A stretch of 64,000 nt of DNA from positions 44,832 through 108,831 of the forward strand of contig JAISVX010000002.1 of the NCBI GenBank assembly GCA_031271345.1, written 5' to 3'. This DNA comes from Lactobacillaceae bacterium (GTDB taxonomy: Bacteria; Pseudomonadota; Alphaproteobacteria; RF32; CAG-239). The translations under genes and the position numbers were made by a program. Under the pieces are notes generated by a model. It searched no databases and had not been told where the DNA came from. It saw only the letters and a list, made by a program, of their open reading frames with translations. Shown piece by piece: positions 56,100 to 64,000 of the stretch; position 1 is the first letter of the stretch, and each line of letters begins with the position of its first letter.

Positions 56100-57401
56100 A
56101 TGTTGGTAAAAAATCGACTTAACTCTTTCTATGATTGCATAATTGTAGGAACGGGTCCCGCGGGATTAATATTGGCATATTCTTTATCGCAAAGCGGTAA
56201 GAGCATACTGATGGTTGACGCGGGTAAAGACAGGAAAAAGGATATATGTCCTTTAGAAAAAGAAGTTGGAAATCTCTACGAAAATCCTCTTAAAGGCTGG
56301 GAAAGCGTGTCTTTTGAAAAAGGGTGCAAATATGCGCCCAAATGCGGTGCTTGTCCAACAATAGCGGGTTTTGGAGGTTGTTTGGCTCCCTACGTCTCTG
56401 CAAAGCTTTGTTTTCCTCCCTCTGGTCAAAGGCTGTTGTCAATTCTGGGCGAAGAAAATGTGTATCTCTCGGCAAAGAAAGCCTGGAATATATACTGTCA
56501 TTTTGCCGAGGTTAATCTGCCTTATCCCGAGTGTGACGAAAATAATGATGAAAAGCAGAGGATTAAGGAACTCTCCGAGCTTGCTGGCTTTCAGGTTTTT
56601 GAACACCCGGCGCATGTCGCGGGCGAAGATGAAATGAACAGATTCTCGAAAAACATTAAGAACTATTTGCTGAATAATGTCGATGTGGTGCTGGACTGCA
56701 AAATCGATTTGCTGTCGGACTTAAATTGGCGGGACAGTATTCTTAACGTTTGCGGAAACCTGGTAAGTTTTGACAAAGTTGTTTTGGCGACAGGCAGGTA
56801 TGGGCATAAAGAAATGACCGGCTTTCTAAAAAGTATTGATATGCTTTCGGAAGAAGCGGATTATGCTTTTGGGGAGAGGATGATTATGCCGAAAAAATAC
56901 CTTTGGCCTATCGGGAAACATTATCCCGATTTTAAGCTGAAGTGGGAGAACGAACATTTCAAGCTCAGAACCTTCTGTTTTAACGGAGACATTAACGGCG
57001 GCCGCTTGAAATATATGAACTATGGCGGCTACACGAATGTTGACGGCATCGTCGCAAAAGACTATCCCGGGGATAGCTTCTTCGGCGAAGGTTACGGCAA
57101 TTTTGCTTTGCTCGCCAAATGTAAGAGCGACATGCCCGCGGAAATGGTTTACCGTCAGTTTCATGAAGTTATGTATAATCTCATTGCCGGCATCAATGGC
57201 GTTGAAGATTATGAAATAGCTGCGGAAACGATGCACAGCGCCGTAGAGGTCGAAGACGTCTGGGGAAAGATGAAAACGGACAACGGTTTTTGGGTTAAAC
57301 ACAATGTCGCGGTTATCGGGGATGCCAGCGGAATTGCAATGGGTATTGTATCGTCTATGATTATGGGTGTTTATATCGCGGAAGAAATGAAAGAAGCTTG
57401 A
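56100..57401 (+). CDS. FAD-dependent oxidoreductase (COG2509-like)
   Basis: IIVGTGPAG, Cys cluster, VVLATGR.G, RTFC, NFALL, IGDASG. Confidence 0.75.
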   Translation: MLVKNRLNSFYDCIIVGTGPAGLILAYSLSQSGKSILMVDAGKDRKKDICPLEKEVGNLYENPLKGWESVSFEKGCKYAPKCGACPTIAGFGGCLAPYVSAKLCFPPSGQRLLSILGEENVYLSAKKAWNIYCHFAEVNLPYPECDENNDEKQRIKELSELAGFQVFEHPAHVAGEDEMNRFSKNIKNYLLNNVDVVLDCKIDLLSDLNWRDSILNVCGNLVSFDKVVLATGRYGHKEMTGFLKSIDMLSEEADYAFGERMIMPKKYLWPIGKHYPDFKLKWENEHFKLRTFCFNGDINGGRLKYMNYGGYTNVDGIVAKDYPGDSFFGEGYGNFALLAKCKSDMPAEMVYRQFHEVMYNLIAGINGVEDYEIAAETMHSAVEVEDVWGKMKTDNGFWVKHNVAVIGDASGIAMGIVSSMIMGVYIAEEMKEA

Positions 57402-57421
57402 GGATAACTCGGGCTTCTTTT
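57390..57421 (+). terminator. terminator
   Basis: AAAGAAGCTTGAG-GATAA-CTCGGGCTTCTTT. Confidence 0.8.
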
Positions 57422-57495
57422 ATTTTTAAAGTTGGCATAATTGTGTTTGACAGGGGGCGGTTCTTTGTTCTAATATGTTTATGAAAGGAAATTTT

Positions 57496-57588
57496 ATGGA
57501 GTCTCACTCATTTCAATATTATAAAGAAAGAATAGAATTCTATAGAATTACTTTAACCTAAAACAGCCTCTATCTAGAGGCTTTTTTT
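57496..57588 (+). promoter_or_regulatory. putative leader peptide (21 aa) plus attenuator hairpin
   Basis: AAAGGA RBS, MESHSFQYYKERIEFYRITLT*, then AGCCTCT-ATCT-AGAGGCT-TTTTTT. Confidence 0.5.
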
Positions 57589-57614
57589 ATGCGCAAAATT
57601 TATGGAGAAAGCTT

Positions 57615-58712
57615 ATGAGGGTATATGAATTTGTCATTACTGGCGGACCATGTGCGGGGAAAACAACTTGTCTGAGCGTCCTCGACCAAAATCTGAAAGA
57701 TAAAGGGTTTAAGGTTATCGTTGTTCCAGAAACCGCGACAGAGGTTATTTCGTCTGGAATTGGAGTAACGGACATTCCAAGAAAAGATTTTCAGTCGCTG
57801 ATATTGGACAGGTCTTTGAATAAAGAAGAAACAACAAGAAAAGCCGTAGAAATAATGGGGCAGGACACGGTCATTCTTTATGACAGGGGAGTTCTCGATT
57901 CCAAGGCGTATATGCCGAAAGGAGAGTTTTCGGAGCTTTTGAAAGAAAGAGGCTTGAGCGAGGTCGCGTTAAGAGATAATTATGACGCGGTATTTCATTT
58001 GGTTACGGCGGCGGACGGGGCGGAAGAGTTTTATACCTTGTCCAATAACAAGGCTCGGTCGGAAGACCCTGAGCTGGCAAGAACTCTTGATATAAGAACC
58101 CGTAATGCCTGGGTCGGGCATCCTCATTTGAGGGTCGTCGACAACTCAACATCTTTTAAGGAAAAAATCAGCAGGCTGTGCGGAGAGGTTTCGTCCGCCA
58201 TGGGGCTTCCTGTTCCGATAGAGATTGAAAGAAAATACTTAATTGAAAGACCGGGCGAAGAGTTTTTAGCGGGTATCGGTGCGGTAAAGCAGAATATTTT
58301 GCAGACATACCTCTCTTCGGATGATCCTGCGGTTGAGAGAAGAATAAGACAAAGAGGAGACGGAAAAGATTTTTCTTATTATTATACGGAAAAGAAATAT
58401 CATTCGGAACTTGGCAGAATAGAAACAGAAAGAAAAATCTCCGAAAAAGAATATTTGTCTCTGCTTCTTGAGGGCGAAAAATCTGTAAGGAAAGACAGAT
58501 ACTGCTTTATACATAAAAGCCAGTATTTTGAACTTGATATTTATCCGCAGTGGCAAAGTAAGGCTATATTGGAGATAGAGCTTACAAAAGAAAACCAGAA
58601 AACAGTTTTGCCTGAATGGGTTTCGTTAATTAAAGAAGTTACAAAAAGTCCGAAATATAAAAATTCGTCTTTGGCTGGAACAATAGGGCTTAAGCGGGAA
58701 AAGGAAATATAG
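57615..58712 (+). CDS. P-loop kinase/ATPase (AAA_28) fused to CYTH domain (TTD14-like)
   Basis: ITGGPCAGKTT, VPETAT, YDRG..D, HLVTAADGAE; CYTH EIERKYL, RIRQR, FELDIY, EIE. Confidence 0.85.
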   Translation: MRVYEFVITGGPCAGKTTCLSVLDQNLKDKGFKVIVVPETATEVISSGIGVTDIPRKDFQSLILDRSLNKEETTRKAVEIMGQDTVILYDRGVLDSKAYMPKGEFSELLKERGLSEVALRDNYDAVFHLVTAADGAEEFYTLSNNKARSEDPELARTLDIRTRNAWVGHPHLRVVDNSTSFKEKISRLCGEVSSAMGLPVPIEIERKYLIERPGEEFLAGIGAVKQNILQTYLSSDDPAVERRIRQRGDGKDFSYYYTEKKYHSELGRIETERKISEKEYLSLLLEGEKSVRKDRYCFIHKSQYFELDIYPQWQSKAILEIELTKENQKTVLPEWVSLIKEVTKSPKYKNSSLAGTIGLKREKEI

Positions 58713-58819
58713 TCTGATAAAAGACATATAATTGTTTGGATAACTTTTTCAGCCCGATTGAAATGAGCATATTTATCTGATAGTTTGTTTTCAGTACGAA
58801 ATTTAAATGGAAATTGACT

Positions 58820-59029
58820 ATGAGAAATTTAATTTTATTAATTTTGGCTGCTTTTTCGCTGTCTGCCTGCATAGCGACAACGGATGCAGGAATATCTACG
58901 CAAAGAGCGGTAACGACAACTGGTAAAAACATTACCTCTACGACAGAGACAACTACGGATGCGACAAAAGCTTCTTCAGGTGATAAAAAAGATAAAAACT
59001 GGGAGTATGATGAAGGTAACGCTCAATAA
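58820..59029 (+). CDS. small Thr-rich lipoprotein
   Basis: LSAC lipobox; Thr-rich mature part; overlaps start of next gene. Confidence 0.7.
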   Translation: MRNLILLILAAFSLSACIATTDAGISTQRAVTTTGKNITSTTETTTDATKASSGDKKDKNWEYDEGNAQ

Positions 59030-60788
59030 AAGTATTTTTTTACCGATACTTCTTTTTATTTTAATGCCTTTCTTTGTTAGCGCAAAGGAAGGTATTTCGT
59101 ATGAAAACATAATAAAAATTGTCGATGATAAAAAACTTTATGAAGAAAAAGACTGGCTTTATCTTCTTCATTATGAAGGAAGCCGAAGCGTCGTTGATAA
59201 AAACAGCGAGTTTTTTCTTTCATCAAAAGGACATAAAGATCCGAAACTCGAGATGTCTGAAACTATAAGGGCTTTTTTTGACAGCAGCAAAAAAGGAGAC
59301 GAACACGCAATATGTTCTTTTCCCGCAAGGTTTGAATATATTACGAAAAATGCTCGTTTGGATAAAAAACTTTTTCCGTCTCCAAAATGTGCCGGCTATG
59401 AAGAATTTGTGGAGAAAGCGCCGTTGGATACGGCGGCGATAGTCTTTGCTTCCGAAAACAATATGGTTCCAAGCTCGATTATGGGGCATATATTTGTAAA
59501 AATTTCTGGAGAGACAAACGGCGGGCTTAGAGAGCATGCGTTTAGCTATTTTGCCACAGATTTTGACGAAAGCTCTCCGAAGGTCTATCTGGATGTAATA
59601 TTCTCAAGTATTGACGGGATTTATGCTTTAACGCCGTATAGCTCAAAAAAAGAAAACTATATTTTTTATGATCAGAGAGTCGTTTGGGAAATTGAGTTAA
59701 ATCTTAATGATGAACAAAAATCATATTTTCATAAACATTTATGGGAACTGAAGGAAAAGAATGTCAGATATTCTTTTATCTTTCATAATTGCGGAACCGC
59801 ATCGGTTAATCTATTTAAAATCGTTTATGGCGGCTTTAATATGAATAAGGTTTTCGAAACTCCGATAGACTATATTAAAAAACTTGAGTCTGACGGCAAT
59901 ATAAAAAGCGTTTCGTTAATCCCAAGCCCGGAATACTATTTAAAAATGGTGAGGGATAATTATGATTTGATTGATATTTATAAGATAAGAACAAAAAGCG
60001 GCAATCTTAATGATAAGCAAAAATATATGGCTAATCTTCTTCATAATTACCATGAAAGCATGGGAATGGCTCAAAATGATATATATAAAGACATTAATAA
60101 ATCTGAGCTGGATATTAAAGAAGAAGTCAAAACGGTTTTGGATACAAATCCGTCGTCCCGTATTTATACAGGTTATAAAAATTATAATAAAGATGCGGTG
60201 GAAATAGAGTTTATGCCGTTGTATCAAAATTTTTATGATGTTTCGGCGGGGTATTTTGATGATTTTGAGACCAAAATAGCAAACATCAGGCTCGTTTATG
60301 ATGATAAGGTCTATGTAGATAAAATTGATGTTTTTACCTCTCGCTCTATTATTGACAGTTCTTTGTCATGGGGAATGTTTTCCAAACATATAGGCTTTTC
60401 TTTTGAAAATGCGCTGGGAGTGGATGGTTTTAATTTGAAACCTGTTCTTGAAGCGGGCGGAGGTTATGCTTTTTCATTGTTTAATGAAGCTGTTAAACCT
60501 TATGTTTTGCCAAAACTTGGATATAGATACGACCATTATAACAATTTTTATGTTGTACCTGAAGCGGGGCTTATTATAAAACCTGTCGAAGATATTAAAG
60601 TAGTTCTGACTTATGAAAAATATTTTAATTCCAAAAAAAACAACAGAGGGTTTAATGAGCGGTTTACCGCAAACGCGGCATATCGGCTGCCAAAAAACTT
60701 TTCTCTTAATTTTAAGTATAACAAATATTCGGGTACAAGTTTGAAAGACGATGAAGAGTTTAACATCGGCATCGGTCTTAATTTTTAG
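59007..60788 (+). CDS. DUF4105 (Lnb-like) domain outer-membrane protein
   Basis: C.FPAR, SIMGHIFV, YSFIFHNCGT; C-terminal beta-barrel ending GIGLNF. Confidence 0.8.
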   Translation: MMKVTLNKSIFLPILLFILMPFFVSAKEGISYENIIKIVDDKKLYEEKDWLYLLHYEGSRSVVDKNSEFFLSSKGHKDPKLEMSETIRAFFDSSKKGDEHAICSFPARFEYITKNARLDKKLFPSPKCAGYEEFVEKAPLDTAAIVFASENNMVPSSIMGHIFVKISGETNGGLREHAFSYFATDFDESSPKVYLDVIFSSIDGIYALTPYSSKKENYIFYDQRVVWEIELNLNDEQKSYFHKHLWELKEKNVRYSFIFHNCGTASVNLFKIVYGGFNMNKVFETPIDYIKKLESDGNIKSVSLIPSPEYYLKMVRDNYDLIDIYKIRTKSGNLNDKQKYMANLLHNYHESMGMAQNDIYKDINKSELDIKEEVKTVLDTNPSSRIYTGYKNYNKDAVEIEFMPLYQNFYDVSAGYFDDFETKIANIRLVYDDKVYVDKIDVFTSRSIIDSSLSWGMFSKHIGFSFENALGVDGFNLKPVLEAGGGYAFSLFNEAVKPYVLPKLGYRYDHYNNFYVVPEAGLIIKPVEDIKVVLTYEKYFNSKKNNRGFNERFTANAAYRLPKNFSLNFKYNKYSGTSLKDDEEFNIGIGLNF

Positions 60789-60797
60789 GGATACATT

Positions 60798-62294
60798 TTA
60801 TTCTCTTCCGCCTCTTCGTTGTCTGCGGTTTTGGTAAGTTCTTTTATTTTCGTTTAGAATGGCTTCTCTGTTCATGTCATCGTGCTGCTTGTTAGGCGTC
60901 GCTCGGTCGAAGTTTTGTTTTCTTGCTTCCATCCTTGCTTCTTCAAGCTCTTTTCTTCTGTCTTCTTCTTTTACTTTTTGCTTTTGTTCGACAATATAAG
61001 TATGGTATGCTTTCTTTCCATATCTGTCTAAAATCATGCCGAGTTTATCCATCTCGTTTAATGGATTTTCATTCTTAATTTTTTCAATTTCTTTTGTTTC
61101 GTCTTCTGTAAGTTCAAAATCCTTTATAAAATATCGGAAGCTGACAGTTTCGCCCTTCGGAGTTTTAATATCATATATGCGGTCCAATATTTTTTCGTAC
61201 CTTTCTTCGGCGTCCAAAGATTCGAAAGTAACTTTGCCTTGTTTGAAATTTTTTCTCAGCATTTTAAAGTGGTCGTCTCTATATGTTTCGGAAAACTGTT
61301 TTTCCCACATATCCCTTACTCCTTCGCCGATAATCTTCGCTTCTCCAAGCGAGACGAACTCTGCTGAAGGGGTTATGTTGTTTTCTTTTATTTTATCAAG
61401 ATAAAATTTAAATTTGCTGGTTATATATTTTTCATCGCCATTTAAGATGTAATTTTGCCGCTGCTTTAGTAGTTGTCTTATATTTGCGACAACTTCATCA
61501 TGTTTTGACAGCTTAAAATCTCTTTCCGCGCCAAGACCAACGCGGGCGTTTATTCCTTTTTGATCGTTTTCATCATGTCCAAATTCGTGCGTTTCTGTTT
61601 CAATAAGCTTGGTGTCATATCTCTCGTCAATAGTTTTTTGCAGTTCTTGCTGCCGTTTAACAGACAACGTGCTGTCCGGGTGAAACCTGTTTACAACAAT
61701 TTCTCTTCCTTTGCTTTGAAACCATCCCAAATCTTTTGATGAGTTTTTGTTTGTAAGCTTTTCGCTCATATAGCATACGACATTTGTCGTATCTCTTTTT
61801 AAGGTATCAATTTTGTATGACAAATAAACATCTTTATATCTTATAGTAAGAGAAATGTTTTTATTAAGATTGGCTTTTTGGTTGTTTAGGTATGTTTGGT
61901 CGACTCTGGTGTTTATGCCGTATCTTTCCTTGCTTTTTGAATTTGAATAAAACCATCTGCCGTCGTTGTTTTTATCTTCCAGGCTTCTGTAAAACTCTGC
62001 GGTGCTTAATCTGCTGTCACCGAGGATGACGGTGTTTTTTGTAACTGGTACGCTGATTTTTGACGTGTTGAAAACAAGGGAGTCGTCGGATTTAAAAGAT
62101 ACCGCCATAACTGCTGTTATGCTTATGCCGGCGAATATTCTTCCTTTGTTTTGATTTACTTTTTTTATAAACTTTCTTTTGTTTTCTTTTATCTTTTTCA
62201 GGATTTTGAGTTTTTTTATACGCTCAATTTTTTCAAGAAGCTTAGAGTTCTTGAGTCTGCCTATCTTGTCTTTAAATTTTTCATTGATAGCCAT
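60798..62294 (-). CDS. hypothetical protein with HExxH motif and Arg-rich C-terminus
   Basis: Lys-rich N-terminus, one TM helix, ETHEFGH, downstream HDE, tail NRRQRRGGRE. Confidence 0.7.
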   Translation of the reverse strand: MAINEKFKDKIGRLKNSKLLEKIERIKKLKILKKIKENKRKFIKKVNQNKGRIFAGISITAVMAVSFKSDDSLVFNTSKISVPVTKNTVILGDSRLSTAEFYRSLEDKNNDGRWFYSNSKSKERYGINTRVDQTYLNNQKANLNKNISLTIRYKDVYLSYKIDTLKRDTTNVVCYMSEKLTNKNSSKDLGWFQSKGREIVVNRFHPDSTLSVKRQQELQKTIDERYDTKLIETETHEFGHDENDQKGINARVGLGAERDFKLSKHDEVVANIRQLLKQRQNYILNGDEKYITSKFKFYLDKIKENNITPSAEFVSLGEAKIIGEGVRDMWEKQFSETYRDDHFKMLRKNFKQGKVTFESLDAEERYEKILDRIYDIKTPKGETVSFRYFIKDFELTEDETKEIEKIKNENPLNEMDKLGMILDRYGKKAYHTYIVEQKQKVKEEDRRKELEEARMEARKQNFDRATPNKQHDDMNREAILNENKRTYQNRRQRRGGRE

Positions 62295-62475
62295 AAACTT
62301 TTGTCCCGATTATATGCAATAAAAATATTTTACCATATATTTTATAATAAACAACATCATTTTTGTCTAAAAAGTCTAAATCCTGCGTAACCCGATAAAA
62401 ATGCTTGCAAAAAGAAGAGAAAAGAATATACCTAATCAAAGAAAATTTAGAAACTTAATATATGAGGAGAACAAT

Positions 62476-63525
62476 ATGCCTGTAGTATCAATGCGTCAGA
62501 TCTTAGACCATGCGGCTGAAAATAACTATGGTGTTCCAGCTTTTAACTTTAATGATATGGAACAAATGCTTGCAATTTTGAATGCGGCTAGGAAGGTAAA
62601 CGCTCCTGTCATTTTGCAAACATCAACCGGCGCGCGCAAGTTTTCTGGAGACCCGATGATTCGCCACATGTTTCACGCGGCTTTGGAGATGTATTCGGAG
62701 CTTCCGATTTGTCTTCACCAGGACCATGGAGCTTCTATTGATATATGCCAGTCTGCGATTGTTAACGGCTATTCTTCTGTAATGATGGACGGCTCTTTGG
62801 AGGCTGACGGCAAAACCCCGGCGTCTTTTGACTATAATGCGAACGTTACCAAAGAAGTTGTAAAAAGAGCGCATGCTGTCGGAGCTTCTGTCGAGGGTGA
62901 ACTCGGCGTTATCGGTTCATTAGAAACAGGCAAGGGCGATAAAGAAGACGGTCACGGCGCGGAAGGTGTGATTGATAAGAAAAAATTGGTTACCGACCCG
63001 GATGAGGCGGTTCGATTCGTTGAATATACCAATGTAGACGCTTTGGCTGTCGCTGTCGGCACATCTCACGGCGCATACAAATTTACCCGCCCTCCGACCG
63101 AAGATATTCTGGCTATTGACGTTATTGAAAAAATTAATAAAAAGCTTCCCAATACCCACCTTGTTATGCACGGTTCTTCTACCGTTCCGCAAGAGCTGGT
63201 TAATATAATAAACGCTTATGGCGGGGCGATTCCAGAAACTTACGGCGTTCCTGTGGCGGAAATTGTAAAAGGCATTAAGTCAGGCGTCAGAAAGGTAAAC
63301 GTTGACACGGACCTTCGTTTGGCTTTAACGGGCGCAATCCGCAAAGTTTTTGCAGAGAACCCAAAAGAGTTTGATCCTCGCAAATACTTAAAGCCTGGTA
63401 TGGATGCAATCCAAAAGGAATGCGAGGCAAGATATATTGATTTTGGCGCCGCAGGTCATGCTTCGGGAATTAAGATTATCGGGCTTCCAGATATGGCAAA
63501 GCGCTATTCTTCCGGCGAAATCTAA
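62476..63525 (+). CDS. fba: fructose-bisphosphate aldolase class II
   Basis: LHQDHG, SVMMDGS, VEGELG, GTSHGAYKF, VMHGSS, KVNVDTD; ATG after GAGGAG. Confidence 0.96.
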   Translation: MPVVSMRQILDHAAENNYGVPAFNFNDMEQMLAILNAARKVNAPVILQTSTGARKFSGDPMIRHMFHAALEMYSELPICLHQDHGASIDICQSAIVNGYSSVMMDGSLEADGKTPASFDYNANVTKEVVKRAHAVGASVEGELGVIGSLETGKGDKEDGHGAEGVIDKKKLVTDPDEAVRFVEYTNVDALAVAVGTSHGAYKFTRPPTEDILAIDVIEKINKKLPNTHLVMHGSSTVPQELVNIINAYGGAIPETYGVPVAEIVKGIKSGVRKVNVDTDLRLALTGAIRKVFAENPKEFDPRKYLKPGMDAIQKECEARYIDFGAAGHASGIKIIGLPDMAKRYSSGEI

Positions 63526-63540
63526 GCAAAACAAACTAAG

Positions 63541-63573
63541 AAAAAGAGATGTTGAAGAAACATCTCTTTTTTT
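63541..63573 (+). terminator. terminator
   Basis: AAAAAGAGATGTT-GAAGA-AACATCTCTTTTT. Confidence 0.85.
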
Positions 63574-63698
63574 GTTTTTTCTACTGGACAAATTTAAAAA
63601 GTTTAGTTAACATACCCTCACTTTATTAAGCATTAGCATTTATTACCAAATATTACCCAATTGTTTCATTAATGTTTCATTAAAAACTTTTTTAAAAA

Positions 63699-64000
63699 AT
63701 GAAAAAAAATCTTTTTTTCCTTCTCGTGACGATAGTCATGGCTGGAGTGTTCGTCGCGTGTGGTAACAAAAACCAGAAACCCGCAGAACCTGTGTACGAA
63801 ACGGTGACCGTCGACAGCGAAACAAACTTCGAGGTGAGAATCCCCGCTGCCGCTGTCGCTTCAGGAACAACGTATTTCGTGGTCAAGGACGTCAAGGGCG
63901 AAACGGTAACGTATCACAACGATGGATCGGCGACAATCAAGGCCGGTGAAAAAAGCTATCGCGTCTATCCTCCCGAGGGATTCGAACTCGGTAACATGTA
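63699..64000 (+). CDS. lipoprotein, partial (runs off window)
   Basis: Open frame MKKNLFFLLVTIVMAGVFVAC-GNK...; FVAC lipobox; promoter-like TGGACA-17-TAACAT upstream. Confidence 0.7.
   Translation, partial: MKKNLFFLLVTIVMAGVFVACGNKNQKPAEPVYETVTVDSETNFEVRIPAAAVASGTTYFVVKDVKGETVTYHNDGSATIKAGEKSYRVYPPEGFELGNM

Noticed and set aside
57449-57460. LexA box (GTTCTTTGTTC) upstream of the AAA-CYTH gene
   Set aside because: Spacer is 3 nt, not the 7 nt of the alphaproteobacterial SOS box
31630-62400. Classical attL/attR direct repeats bounding tRNA islands
   Set aside because: Only inverted copies of the tRNA 3' ends were found; no direct repeat was seen by eye
63692-63895. Minus-strand 67-aa ORF
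   Set aside because: Antisense shadow of the plus-strand lipoprotein starting at 63699
1-64000. CRISPR array, integrase, transposase or prophage
   Set aside because: No regularly spaced repeats and no recombinase, transposase or phage structural motifs recognised in any ORF

Overview
AT-rich chromosomal window from an alphaproteobacterium. Evidence: ptsP-rodZ-hisS-prfA synteny, cckA, hdaA, mipZ, a GTTC-N7-GTTC SOS box, and tRNA-His retaining G-1:C73. A Rhodospirillales/RF32-like anaerobic, probably host-associated lineage is inferred. Core blocks (hisS, prfA, dnaE, split class III RNR, lexA, lysS, RND pump, pgm, fba) alternate with two accessory regions that start right after tRNA-Glu (about 31.6-43.6 kb) and tRNA-His (about 55.8-62.3 kb). 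No integrase, transposase or CRISPR array was seen. The most notable non-coding signal: both unrelated tRNA genes are followed by the same architecture - an inverted copy of the tRNA's own 3' end, a second hairpin, a conserved core TAARTTCA-N7-TGCTGCCG-N1/6-TTTYTTCATTWACTAA, and a third hairpin. Other highlights: several pseudo-enzymes and half-proteins (VanX-like, GH24-like, DEAD-box, GlmU, J-domain), candidate T4SS effectors with an orphan VirB8, a leader-peptide attenuator before an AAA-CYTH gene, an nrdD-nrdG-Nudix-NADAR operon, and small lipoproteins missed by the ORF track. All family calls come from motif recognition by eye, with no database searches.
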